Below are positions 1 to 8,690 of a stretch of 56,952 bases of DNA, piece after piece. The DNA lies in contig CAXUNK010000002.1 in NCBI GenBank assembly GCA_964252425.1, forward strand, positions 1 to 56,952, written 5' to 3'. Positions within the stretch are counted from its first letter, which is position 1. Every line of letters begins with the position of its first letter. The stretch is from an uncultured Acetobacteraceae bacterium. Lineage in GTDB: Bacteria > Pseudomonadota > Alphaproteobacteria > Acetobacterales > Acetobacteraceae. Under the pieces are notes generated by a model, which had not been told where the DNA came from, searched no databases, and was given only the letters and a program-made list of their open reading frames with translations. The position numbers were made by a program, and so were the translations under genes.

Positions 1-69
1 CAGCCGCCGCTGCCGGGTGCGGCGATGACGCGGGGCGCCGAACTTTCGCCACGCGCTCCAACACGCCCC

Positions 70-112
70 GGGGCGCGGCCCCTGGACCCCTCTGGGGTTT
101 GACCCCAAACCC
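70..112. repeat. Two tandem GC-rich REP-like palindromes (GGGG-N5-CCCC followed by an ACCC tail)
   Basis: GGGGCGCGGCCCCTGGACCCC (70-90) and GGGGTTTGACCCCAAACCC (94-112); a related copy AGGGCTTTGCCCCTGGACCCC is at 13145-13165. Confidence 0.55.
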
Positions 113-261
113 GCAAGCAGTCTTCTTTTGAAAAAAACGGCCTCCCACACCTGCGGTCGTGCTCGCGCAGCTTCTGCCAGAACCGCTCCGGCAGAACTGT
201 TGCAAGCCGTGATGCAGGCGAACAAGCAAAAGCTTTTTGCTTCTTTTTCTCGAAAAAGAAG
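113..261 (-). repeat. REPIN/MITE-like hairpin element, copy 1
   Basis: Reverse complement aligns closely with 3051-3213; terminal palindrome CTTCTTTTT-ctcg-AAAAAGAAG (240-261) and internal stem TTCTGCC/GGCAGAA. Confidence 0.85.
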
Positions 262-289
262 CTCTTTCTTTCTCCCACACCGTGTCAGC

Positions 290-1207
290 CTAGAGGCCGG
301 TCGGTACAAGCGCTCCCGATAGCGGCACGCCAGAGAAATACTGTCTCGCTTCCGATACGAACGCCCGGATGTTGGGGGAGCCGCGCCGGCTCAACTGATA
401 GACCAGGCTGACGGGCACCGAGGCCGGCTGCGCGTCCGCCAGCAGGAGGCGTAGCGACCCGGCGGCGACGCCGGCTTGCACCTGATACGACAGCAGCCGC
501 CCGATGCCCTGGCCACGCCCGATCGCGTCAAGTGCGGCTTCGGCGGAGTTGACGGAAAGCTGCGGCTTGACCCTGATGGTCGTGCGGCCATCCGCGCCGA
601 ACCCCCACTCGTCGGTCGAGCCCACGCCGTCGAACGACACGATCCGATGCCGCCGCAGGTCGGCCGGGCGCGCGGGCAGGCCGGCGCGCGCGAGGTAGTC
701 CGGACTGGCCACGATGACGCGGCCGACCTCGCCGACCTTGACCGCCGACAGCGAGCTGTCGGCAAGACTGCCGATGCGCACGGCAATGTCGAACCCTTCC
801 TCCACCAGATGCGTGACGCGGTCGAGCAGGGTGAGGCGGATCATGAGGTCCGGATGCGCGGATGCGAGCGCCTCGGCCACCCTCATCACGTGCAGCCGTC
901 CGAAGAACACCGGCGCCGTCACGCTCAGCATGCCGCGCGGTGCTGCATCCTCGCCGCGCACCAGGCTCCGCGCGGCCTCGACATCGGCGAGGATGACCCG
1001 GCATTTCTCGGCATAGAGCGCGCCGCGTTCGGTCAGCCGCACCGCCCGCGTCGTGCGGCTGAACAGCGGGAGCCCGAGTTCGGCTTCGAGCGAGGCCACG
1101 GCGCGGGTGGCCATCGCCGGCGACCAGCGCAGGCTGCGCGCCGCCGCGGCGAAGCTCGCCCGGTCGGCGACCGCGAGAAAGGCGCGCATTGCGTCGAGCC
1201 GGTCCAC
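290..1207 (-). CDS. LysR-family transcriptional regulator (CrgA-like)
   Basis: N-terminal HTH (MDRLDAMRAFLAVADRASFAAAAR...LFSRTTRAVRLTE) plus LysR substrate domain; divergent from the AhpD-like operon; GTG start. Confidence 0.95.
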   Translation of the reverse strand: MDRLDAMRAFLAVADRASFAAAARSLRWSPAMATRAVASLEAELGLPLFSRTTRAVRLTERGALYAEKCRVILADVEAARSLVRGEDAAPRGMLSVTAPVFFGRLHVMRVAEALASAHPDLMIRLTLLDRVTHLVEEGFDIAVRIGSLADSSLSAVKVGEVGRVIVASPDYLARAGLPARPADLRRHRIVSFDGVGSTDEWGFGADGRTTIRVKPQLSVNSAEAALDAIGRGQGIGRLLSYQVQAGVAAGSLRLLLADAQPASVPVSLVYQLSRRGSPNIRAFVSEARQYFSGVPLSGALVPTGL

Positions 1208-1213
1208 GGGACC

Positions 1214-1230
1214 ATTTCACGAGATGAAAT
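1214..1230. promoter_or_regulatory. Putative LysR operator
   Basis: Perfect palindrome ATTTCA-cgaga-TGAAAT containing the T-N11-A LTTR motif, in the divergent intergenic region. Confidence 0.7.
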
Positions 1231-1326
1231 AAACAAGTGTCAAGACAGGAGATTATCGACGGGAAGGAAGAGGCTCATCTCGGGGCCGCAGCAGACACGC
1301 TGACATACGACGATGGAGAACCCGCC

Positions 1327-1872
1327 ATGTCACGCCTCGCCATTCCCGCCCGCGATGCATCACCCGCCGCCTCGCAGCCGTTGCTCGACGCCGTGCAGGC
1401 CCAGCTCGGCACCGTGCCCAACCTGTTCCGCCTGATCGGCAACAGCCCGGCCGCGCTCGAAGGCTTCCTCGCCCTCTCCGGCGCACTCGCCAGGACGCTC
1501 GACGTCAAGACCCGCAACCGGATCGCGCTGGCCACGGCGCAGGTGAACGGCTGCGACTACTGCCTGTCGGCACACAGCTATCTGGGCGCCAACCTCGCCC
1601 ATCTCGACGCGGCCGAGATGGCGGCCAACCGCCAAGGCCATTCCGGCGACCCGAAGGCCGACGCGGTCCTGGCATTCGCGCGCAAGGTCGCCGAGACGCG
1701 GGGCAAGGTCAGCGACGCCGATATCGCGGCCATCCGCCTGGCCGGCACCACCGACGCGCAGATCGTCGAGATCGTTGCCAACGTCGTGGTCAACGTGCTG
1801 ACCAACTTCGTCAACAACGTCGCCGACACCGACATCGACTTTCCCGTCATCCGCACCGCGCACGCCGCCTGA
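1327..1872 (+). CDS. Carboxymuconolactone decarboxylase / AhpD-like peroxidase-related protein
   Basis: GGAGAA RBS before ATG 1327; AhpD core RIALATAQVNGCDYCLSAH with CxxC. Confidence 0.9.
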   Translation: MSRLAIPARDASPAASQPLLDAVQAQLGTVPNLFRLIGNSPAALEGFLALSGALARTLDVKTRNRIALATAQVNGCDYCLSAHSYLGANLAHLDAAEMAANRQGHSGDPKADAVLAFARKVAETRGKVSDADIAAIRLAGTTDAQIVEIVANVVVNVLTNFVNNVADTDIDFPVIRTAHAA

Positions 1873-1931
1873 CGCCGATGCAGGCGAGGTATCCGCCTCG
1901 CCTGCCGGCTGCCACGATGGAGTATGTTGCC

Positions 1932-2567
1932 ATGGGTCACCGTTTCCTGGAACTCGCGACCAGTCCCGCCGCCCGCCTGGCGCAGGCCGAGCATGGCAGC
2001 CGCAGGGCGTACGCGCGGCTGGAAGGCGGTGCGCCGGTCTTCGACCGGCTCGGTCCGAAGGAGAAGGCGTTCATCGCCGCGCGCGACAGCCTATATGTCG
2101 CCAGCGTCAACCCCGATGGCTGGCCCTACATCCAGCATCGCGGCGGCCCGACAGGCTTCCTGCGGGTCCTGGACGAGCGCCGGCTGGCAATGGCCGATCT
2201 GGCCGGCAACAAGCAATATCTGACGCTCGGCAACCTCGCGACCGATGACAGGGTGGCGCTGTTCCTGATGGATTATCCCAATCGGCGGCGACTGAAGCTG
2301 CTTGGCCGCATGCGCGCGGCCGATCCTGGCGCCGACCCGGCACTCGCCATGGCGCTCGCCGGCACCGCGGCGCGGGCCGAGCGGGCGTTCGTCATCGACA
2401 TCCTTGCCTTTGACTGGAACTGTCCGCAGCATATCGTCCCGCGCTTGACCGAAACCGAATGGGCGGACGCGCTTGCCCCGATGCGCGGTCGGATGGAACG
2501 GCTCGCCCTGGAAAACGCGGCGTTGCGCGCCCGCATCGCCGAACTTCAAGTGGAGAGCCGCCGATGA
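1932..2567 (+). CDS. Pyridoxamine 5'-phosphate oxidase-like FMN-binding protein
   Basis: GGAG RBS; motifs [29 protein letters not shown]; short C-terminal coiled coil. Confidence 0.88.
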   Translation: MGHRFLELATSPAARLAQAEHGSRRAYARLEGGAPVFDRLGPKEKAFIAARDSLYVASVNPDGWPYIQHRGGPTGFLRVLDERRLAMADLAGNKQYLTLGNLATDDRVALFLMDYPNRRRLKLLGRMRAADPGADPALAMALAGTAARAERAFVIDILAFDWNCPQHIVPRLTETEWADALAPMRGRMERLALENAALRARIAELQVESRR

Positions 2568-3034
2568 CGACACGTCCGCCGTTGCCGCCCTTCACGGCGG
2601 AGACCGCCGCGCAGAAGGTGCGCATGGCGGAAGATGCCTGGAACGGGCGCGATCCGGCGCGCGTGGCGCTCGCCTACACGCCGGACAGCCGTTGGCGCAA
2701 CCGCTCGACATTCCTCGCCGGCCGGGTTGAGATCGAAGCGTTCCTCGCCGAAAAATGGGCGCGCGAGCACGAATACCGGCTGATCAAGGAGCTGTGGGCG
2801 GCGGCGGGAGATCGGATCGCCGTGCGCTTCGTCTATGAATACCACGACGATGCGGGCCGATGGTGGCGCGCGCATGGCAACGAGAACTGGCTGTTCGACG
2901 AGGCCGGCTACATGGCCGAGCGCCACGCCAGCATCAACGACGTCCCGATCGAGGAGGCCGAGCGCCTACTCCGCTGGGACCGCTCCGGCGTGCGGCCGGC
3001 CGGGCACGAGGGGCTGACCGGTCTGGCGCTTTGA
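2564..3034 (+). CDS. DUF1348 / NTF2 (SnoaL-like) protein
   Basis: ATGA overlap with upstream gene; [43 protein letters not shown] motifs. Confidence 0.92.
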   Translation: MTTRPPLPPFTAETAAQKVRMAEDAWNGRDPARVALAYTPDSRWRNRSTFLAGRVEIEAFLAEKWAREHEYRLIKELWAAAGDRIAVRFVYEYHDDAGRWWRAHGNENWLFDEAGYMAERHASINDVPIEEAERLLRWDRSGVRPAGHEGLTGLAL

Positions 3035-3050
3035 AAGCTTTAAAAAGGGC

Positions 3051-3213
3051 CTTCTTTTTTCGAGAAAAAGAAGCAAAAAGCTTTTGCTCTGTTCGCCTGC
3101 GTCACGGCTCGCGCAGTTCTGCCAAAGCGGTTCTGGGAGAACCTGCGCGAGCACTACCGCAGGCGAGGAAGACAGAAGTTTTTTGGTCTTTTTTTCAAAA
3201 AAGGACTGCTTGC
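3051..3213 (+). repeat. REPIN/MITE-like hairpin element, copy 2 (more complete)
   Basis: A/T-rich terminal palindromes (CTTCTTTTTTCGAGAAAAAGAAG and GTCTTTTTTTCAAAAAAGGAC) flank a long GC stem (GCCTGCG..GCTCGCGCAG / CTGCGCGAGC..CGCAGGC). Confidence 0.85.
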
Positions 3214-3301
3214 CTCAAGTGTCACTCCCAAAGCCGCCCGACTAACACACCAGCACAGCACTTCGCTGCATGCGAAGTATGGGCTATCGTCCGGCCCACG
3301 C

Positions 3302-4171
3302 ATGACCACGACCCGCACGCTGCACACCACCACGCTGGATTTCGCCATCGACGAAGCGGGCGAGGGTCCGGACATGGCGCTCTGCCTGCACGGCTTCCCC
3401 GAATCCCGCTTCTCCTGGCGGCACCAGCTCCCAATGCTTGCCGAACGCGGCTGGCACGCCGTCGCTCCCGATCTGCGCGGCTACGGCGAGACCACGCGCC
3501 CCAACGACCGCAGCGCCTATCGCATGGAACACCTGGTCGCCGACGTGGCCGCCATCTTCGACGCGCTTGGTGCGCGCCGGCGCCTTTTGGTGGCTCATGA
3601 TTGGGGCGCGCTGATCGCCTGGCAGTTCGCCATCGAGCGTGTGCAGGCGCTCGACGGCCTGATCATCATGAACGTCCCCCACCCGGCCGTCTTCCGCGAA
3701 GTCCTGCGGCGCTCGCCACGCCAATGGGCGCGCTCCTGGTACGTGCTGTTCTTCCAGCTACCGGCGCTGCCCGAAGCCCTGCTGCGCGCCGGCAGCGCCC
3801 GGGCAATCGGCGAAGCCTTTCGCGGCATGGCCGTCAACAAGGCGGCGTTCCCGCCGGACGTGCTGGCTCATTACAAGACCGCCGCGTTGCAGCCGGGCGC
3901 GCTCACCGCGATGATCAATTATTATCGCGCGAACCTCGCTTCGCTGATGCAGCGCACAGCATCACCGCGTATCGATGTGCCGACGCTGATGATCTGGGGC
4001 GAGCAGGACACGGCGCTGGGCCTGGAACTCACCGAGGGGTATGCACCCTATGTGCAGGATTTCACGCTTCGGCGCCTGCCGGGCGTTTCGCACTGGGTGC
4101 AGCAGGAAGCGCCCGAGCGGGTGAATGAGGCGGTAGCGGCGTGGATGGACAACAAAGGCCTGCGTCTCTGA
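3302..4171 (+). CDS. Alpha/beta hydrolase, epoxide hydrolase-like
   Basis: LHGFPE oxyanion motif, HDWG nucleophile Asp, WGEQD, SHWVQQE catalytic His. Confidence 0.92.
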   Translation: MTTTRTLHTTTLDFAIDEAGEGPDMALCLHGFPESRFSWRHQLPMLAERGWHAVAPDLRGYGETTRPNDRSAYRMEHLVADVAAIFDALGARRRLLVAHDWGALIAWQFAIERVQALDGLIIMNVPHPAVFREVLRRSPRQWARSWYVLFFQLPALPEALLRAGSARAIGEAFRGMAVNKAAFPPDVLAHYKTAALQPGALTAMINYYRANLASLMQRTASPRIDVPTLMIWGEQDTALGLELTEGYAPYVQDFTLRRLPGVSHWVQQEAPERVNEAVAAWMDNKGLRL

Positions 4172-4185
4172 AGAGAAGAAGACTC

Positions 4186-5181
4186 TCACGAACTGGGCTG
4201 TGCTATGAACAGTTTTCCGTTCGCCGTTATGCGGACATGTAGTCGACGCAGCACGTCGTCGCCTAGTATCACGCCGGGTCCGCGCAGCGTTCCGATCACC
4301 GCTATGTCCAGCTTCGGAATGACCGCGTCCCCGACCACGAGCTGATCGAAGACGCGTAAAACCGCCGGCTCGCGCGCCGATCCTACCCCCACCACCTGGA
4401 ACTTGCGGCCGGCCGTGCCAGACTTGGCTGTCTCGCCGATCCTCGACGCGGCCGATGCCATGATGAAACTGTGCTGCGCGCCCGTGTCGATCAGTGCCCG
4501 AAAGGTCACACCACCGACGGAAACAATCAGCCATGGACCATCGGTCATGTCCGACAGCGCGCGCAGCGGCCGCGAATGGCTGCCGGGCGGCACGCACGAC
4601 GTGCCAGGTGCGAACAGCGAAACTTGCTGACCGGCCAGGTCCAGATCCAGATCGTAGCGCGACAGCAGATCCATCCCGAGTATGCCGTCCCCAGCCGGAT
4701 CCCAACTCGCGTCGCCCGACCACACGATCGAGACCGGTGTCGCGATGATCGGCGCCAGACCCAGCTCGATGCGATGCGGCCAGCCCCGGTCGATGTGCCG
4801 CCGCCCGCCCACGCCGTTGACCGCGTAGCCGTCGAGCACGTCGGTGTCATCGAGCAGGTGCTCCACGCGAAGGCCAAGCAGCCGCGCCGTCCCGCTGGTC
4901 AGCAGAGTTCGCGTGCTGCCGGTATCGAGCAGCAATTTGAGCATCCGCCCGTCAACTCCGACCTGCACGTATAGGCCGCTCGACTCCTCGGTCAGCGGCA
5001 GCACGGCCAGCGGCCGCGACGAGCAGGCGGGACCTTCGCAGTTGGAGAGCCCGCACAGAGCGAGCAGCGCCAGGCACAGCGAAACCCCGCGCCGGCGTGA
5101 CGCTGAAGCGACCGACGTCAAACGGGCAGCCCGGTTCGACACGGCAACAGTCCACGCCTGCACCGCCGCCGCGTCAAGCAT
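4186..5181 (-). CDS. Two-lobed retropepsin-like aspartyl protease, probably exported
   Basis: Two DTG motifs (LLDTGS, LIDTGA), each followed by an ILG motif; hydrophobic N-terminal segment ending LSNC; start uncertain. Confidence 0.85.
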   Translation of the reverse strand: MLDAAAVQAWTVAVSNRAARLTSVASASRRRGVSLCLALLALCGLSNCEGPACSSRPLAVLPLTEESSGLYVQVGVDGRMLKLLLDTGSTRTLLTSGTARLLGLRVEHLLDDTDVLDGYAVNGVGGRRHIDRGWPHRIELGLAPIIATPVSIVWSGDASWDPAGDGILGMDLLSRYDLDLDLAGQQVSLFAPGTSCVPPGSHSRPLRALSDMTDGPWLIVSVGGVTFRALIDTGAQHSFIMASAASRIGETAKSGTAGRKFQVVGVGSAREPAVLRVFDQLVVGDAVIPKLDIAVIGTLRGPGVILGDDVLRRLHVRITANGKLFIAQPSS

Positions 5182-5237
5182 CTCGCGCTTTTACGCGCGA
5201 TGCGCGAGACTAAGGCGACCTTTTCGCGGACTCCCCA

Positions 5238-6557
5238 ATGCGCAAAATCTCAGCCGTCTTCGGCCTGATCCTCACCGCCGGCCTGCTCAGCCTATATGCC
5301 TGCGGTGAGCGGGCCAGCCTTCCCGTCACCGCAGGCACCGGCCCGCACCCAGAGCTGCCGGCGCCCCATGCCGGCCTGCTGCCAACGGTCAACATAGCAA
5401 CCGCGCGGGGCTGGCCCGCCGGCGGCCATCCCACACCGGCCGAGGGTCTGGCCGTTACCACGCTGGCGCAAGGGCTGGACCATCCGCGCTGGCTCTACGT
5501 GCTGCCGAACGGGGACGTGCTGGTGGCCGAGACGAATGCCCCGCCCCGCCCAGACGACGAGAAAGGCATCAAGGGTTTCATCGGCCGTATCGTGCAGGAT
5601 CGTGCGGGCGCCGGCGTGCCCAGCGCCAACCGCATCACCCTCCTGCGTCCGGACGGGCAGGGCGGCGCGCAGCGCTTCACCTTTGCAACTGGCCTGAACT
5701 CGCCCTTCGGCATGGCGCTCGTAGGTCAGGATTTCTACGTGGCCGATACGGACGCGCTGCTGCGGTTCTCCTACCAGCCCGGCCAGACCAGCCTGACCTC
5801 GCCTCCGGTCAAACTGACGGACCTGCCAGGGGGCCCGATCGACCATCACTGGACAAAGAACGTCGTCGCCAGTCCGGACGGCGCCAAGCTCTATGTCAGC
5901 GTCGGCTCGAACAGCAACGTGGCCGAAAACGGCATCGCGGCCGAAACCGGTCGCGCCGCGGTGTGGGAGGTGGATGCACGCACCGGCGCCCACCGCATCT
6001 TCGCGAGCGGCCTCAGGAATCCCGTCGGCATGGGCTGGGAGCCTGCGAGCGGCGCCCTGTGGGTCGCGGTCAACGAGCGGGACGAGATCGGCAGCGACCT
6101 GGTGCCCGACTACATGACCGCCATTCACGACGGCGCGTTCTACGGCTGGCCGTACAGCTATTACGGCCAGCACGTCGATGAGCGCGCGCAACCGCAGCGC
6201 GCCGACCTGGTCGCCAGCGCGATCCCGCCGGATTACGCGCTAGGGCCGCATACGGCATCCCTGGGGCTGGCGTTCTCGCGACCCGGCGTGCTGCTCGCGG
6301 CGTTTCAGCAGGGCGCATTCGTGGGCCAGCACGGCAGTTGGAACAGGCGGCCGCGCAGCGGCTACAAGGTCGTGTTCGTCCGTTTCGAGGGCGGCCATCC
6401 GGCGGGCGACCCCATCGATGTGCTGACCGGGTTCCTGGACAAGGACGGCCGCGCCCTGGGCCGCCCCGTCGGCGTCGCGCTGGACAAGCAGGGCGCGCTG
6501 CTCGTGGCCGATGATGTGGGCAACACCGTATGGCGGGTGACCGCCGTCCAGAGGTGA
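5238..6557 (+). CDS. L-sorbosone dehydrogenase family (glucose/sorbosone dehydrogenase beta-propeller) lipoprotein
   Basis: Lipobox-like LYAC; [45 protein letters not shown] motifs. Confidence 0.92.
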   Translation: MRKISAVFGLILTAGLLSLYACGERASLPVTAGTGPHPELPAPHAGLLPTVNIATARGWPAGGHPTPAEGLAVTTLAQGLDHPRWLYVLPNGDVLVAETNAPPRPDDEKGIKGFIGRIVQDRAGAGVPSANRITLLRPDGQGGAQRFTFATGLNSPFGMALVGQDFYVADTDALLRFSYQPGQTSLTSPPVKLTDLPGGPIDHHWTKNVVASPDGAKLYVSVGSNSNVAENGIAAETGRAAVWEVDARTGAHRIFASGLRNPVGMGWEPASGALWVAVNERDEIGSDLVPDYMTAIHDGAFYGWPYSYYGQHVDERAQPQRADLVASAIPPDYALGPHTASLGLAFSRPGVLLAAFQQGAFVGQHGSWNRRPRSGYKVVFVRFEGGHPAGDPIDVLTGFLDKDGRALGRPVGVALDKQGALLVADDVGNTVWRVTAVQR

Positions 6558-8401
6558 TGATTTCCAGGCTGTTTCGACGCCGGTCCAGCGCCGGTCCGCC
6601 CGAAGCGGAGTTCGATCTGTTCACCCTGCGCACCGGCCGGCAGACCTGGCTGGCCGTGCAGGGCGACGAGACCGAAATCAGCATGGCCGAGACCGTCTCG
6701 CCGCGGACGGCACTGGTCGCGTGCCTCCCGCGCGGCGCACCGCAAACCAGCTTTCTCCTGGCGCCTGATGGAAGGACGAGCTCCGTCTAGGGCGATGGGA
6801 TGTCGGCCCCGGCCATCAGCATGCGCGGCACGCGCGTGCCGGATGGCCGGGTCGAGCTGCGCCATCCAATGGCGCCGGTCCGCTACTTGGGCGTGGTGAC
6901 CGGGGCGAGAATGCCGAAACCGAACCGGGTGCTGTTCGACCGGGTCGGCGACCCCGTGCTGGACCGGTTCGAGCTCCATCCCACGCCGGCCGGGGTGCTG
7001 GCGCCGCCCGGCCGCGCTGTGCTCGCCGAACTGTCGCGTGCCGCCGGCGCGCCGATGTCGGCCGACACGCTGATATCGCTGCTGCACGCGCGCAAGATCC
7101 GCCTGGCTCTGGCCGAGACGATGATACGCGTGTTGAGCATCGACGAGCTGGCGATATTGGCGCAACGATTGCTGATGCGGCCGGCTGATCTGGCGATGCT
7201 CCGGCGCGCCATGCCCCATGATCCATGGCTTGCCCAGCATCTGCCCGGCCTGATCGCCTGGAATCGCTCTGGCCGCCCGCCCACGCGCCGGACTGTCTCT
7301 CCCGCCCGCGAGGATTACGTGGCCGTCCTGCAATCGGGTGCGCTGCGACCGCAGGCGGGTTTGGCGCTGATAGCGCTCGCCCGCCGGGCCCTGCAGCCGA
7401 AGCGCCTGTCCGCCGTGCTGGCCACTGCCCGCAACGAGGGACCGTACATCCTCGACTGGCTGGCGCATCACCGTGCCCTCGGCTTCGATCACGTGGTGAT
7501 CTACAGCAACGACAATGACGACGGCTCAGACGAGCTGCTGGGCCGCCTTGCCGACCACGGCGAGATCACCTGGGTTCGCAACGAGCTGTCGCCGGCGGCG
7601 CGCGCCCAATGGAAGGCATACGGCCATGCGTTCAAGGCCTTGCCCGATCTGGTGGACTATCGCTGGACGATGGTGCTCGACCTGGACGAATATGTCGGTT
7701 TGAACCCGAAGATCTTTGCGTCCATCGCCGACCTGATCGGCTGGCACGAATACCAGCACGTGGACGCTGTCACCCTGCGCTGGCTGGTGTTCGTGGCTGG
7801 CCCAGATGCTGTGTGGCAGGACACGCCCAGCACACGCCGCTTCACGCGGCGCGAGGCTTCGGTCAATTCGATCTTCAAGAGCCTTGTGCGCTCCAGCCAG
7901 TTCTGGGATGCGCATTGCCACTTTCCCTATCCCGCGCTTAATATGCCGTTTTCGTACCGGATCGAAGACGGTGCTCCCTGTCATCACATGGGCCTGCTGC
8001 GCGGCCTCAAGGTCCCTCAGGATGCGGTCAGTGCCGATTATGCGTGGGTAGCGCATCATCCGTTCCGCACTGCGCCCGAGATGCTGATGAAAGTGGCGCG
8101 CGGCGATGCGACATGGAGCGCCACGGATCGAGCCGACGCCGAACGGTCGAACACGATCCTCTCCCGTTTCATCGCGCTGGCCAAAAACCCGGGACTGGTG
8201 ACGGACGACCGCACGTGGCAATGCGCGCCCGGCTTGGACGCGCAACTGTCACGTCTGCGCGCCTCGCCAGGCATTGCGGTGGCCGACCGGGCAATCAAGG
8301 CGGAGTACAGTGCGCGGATGCGGAGTGCGGTCAGGGCCTTTCTGGATCAGCCCGGTTCGCACACCGAACTGGCCACGCTACTGACTGCGACCGCTCCATA
8401 A
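6557..8401 (+). pseudogene. Glycosyltransferase family 2 gene interrupted by one in-frame TAG (6788-6790); the 6800-8401 part may still be expressed
   Basis: ATG 6557 overlaps the upstream TGA (TGATG); 77 codons, TAG, then GGC GAT GGG ATG in the same frame into a 533-aa ORF with ARNEGPYILDWLAHH, YSNDNDDGS and LDLDEY (DxD) motifs. Confidence 0.7.
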
Positions 8402-8446
8402 TGACAGCTCTTGATTGTGTCTTTCCGGAATTGGTAGCCGCTTGCC

Positions 8447-8462
8447 TTAACTTTCCCTCAAC
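8447..8462 (+). promoter_or_regulatory. Possible CtrA binding site
   Basis: TTAA-ctttccc-TCAAC versus consensus TTAA-N7-TTAAC (one mismatch) in an AT-rich intergenic stretch. Confidence 0.4.
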
Positions 8463-8507
8463 ACCTCTCGCGTAAACTGCTTGCGTTGTTCACACAGAGG
8501 CAGTCGC

Positions 8508-8684
8508 ATGACCATCTCGGCGCTCCCGGCAGCCCAGCCGGCCCACATTTTTTCCCATGCGCACGGCGGCCGCCCGAAGGCGCCGGCCGATGCCACGCAG
8601 GCGGACACGTCGCAGGCGAGCGATCTCGCGCAGAAGCAAAGCCAGGCCTTGGAAGCGGAACAATCGGTCAATCTGCTGGTGTAG
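8508..8684 (+). CDS. Small hypothetical protein (58 aa), low complexity, ending in VNLLV
   Basis: AGAGG RBS before ATG 8508; fills the intergenic gap; Ala/Gln-rich. Confidence 0.6.
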   Translation: MTISALPAAQPAHIFSHAHGGRPKAPADATQADTSQASDLAQKQSQALEAEQSVNLLV

Positions 8685-8690
8685 AACGGG

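Noticed and set aside
1-52. Start of a minus-strand gene (GTG at 52) running out of the window
   Set aside because: Only 17 codons visible and the GGAG spacing is short; cannot be supported
128-322. 64-aa ORF, and the similar ORFs across 2860-3600 and 2966-3154
   Set aside because: They are translations of the palindromic repeat (KLFASFSRKRS, VFWSFFQK), not genes
6788-6790. Genome-wide TAG recoding (pyrrolysine or reassignment)
   Set aside because: TAG ends several clearly full-length genes here (LysR, trmB, GT87, DUF892, SgcJ-like) and no pyl genes are in the window
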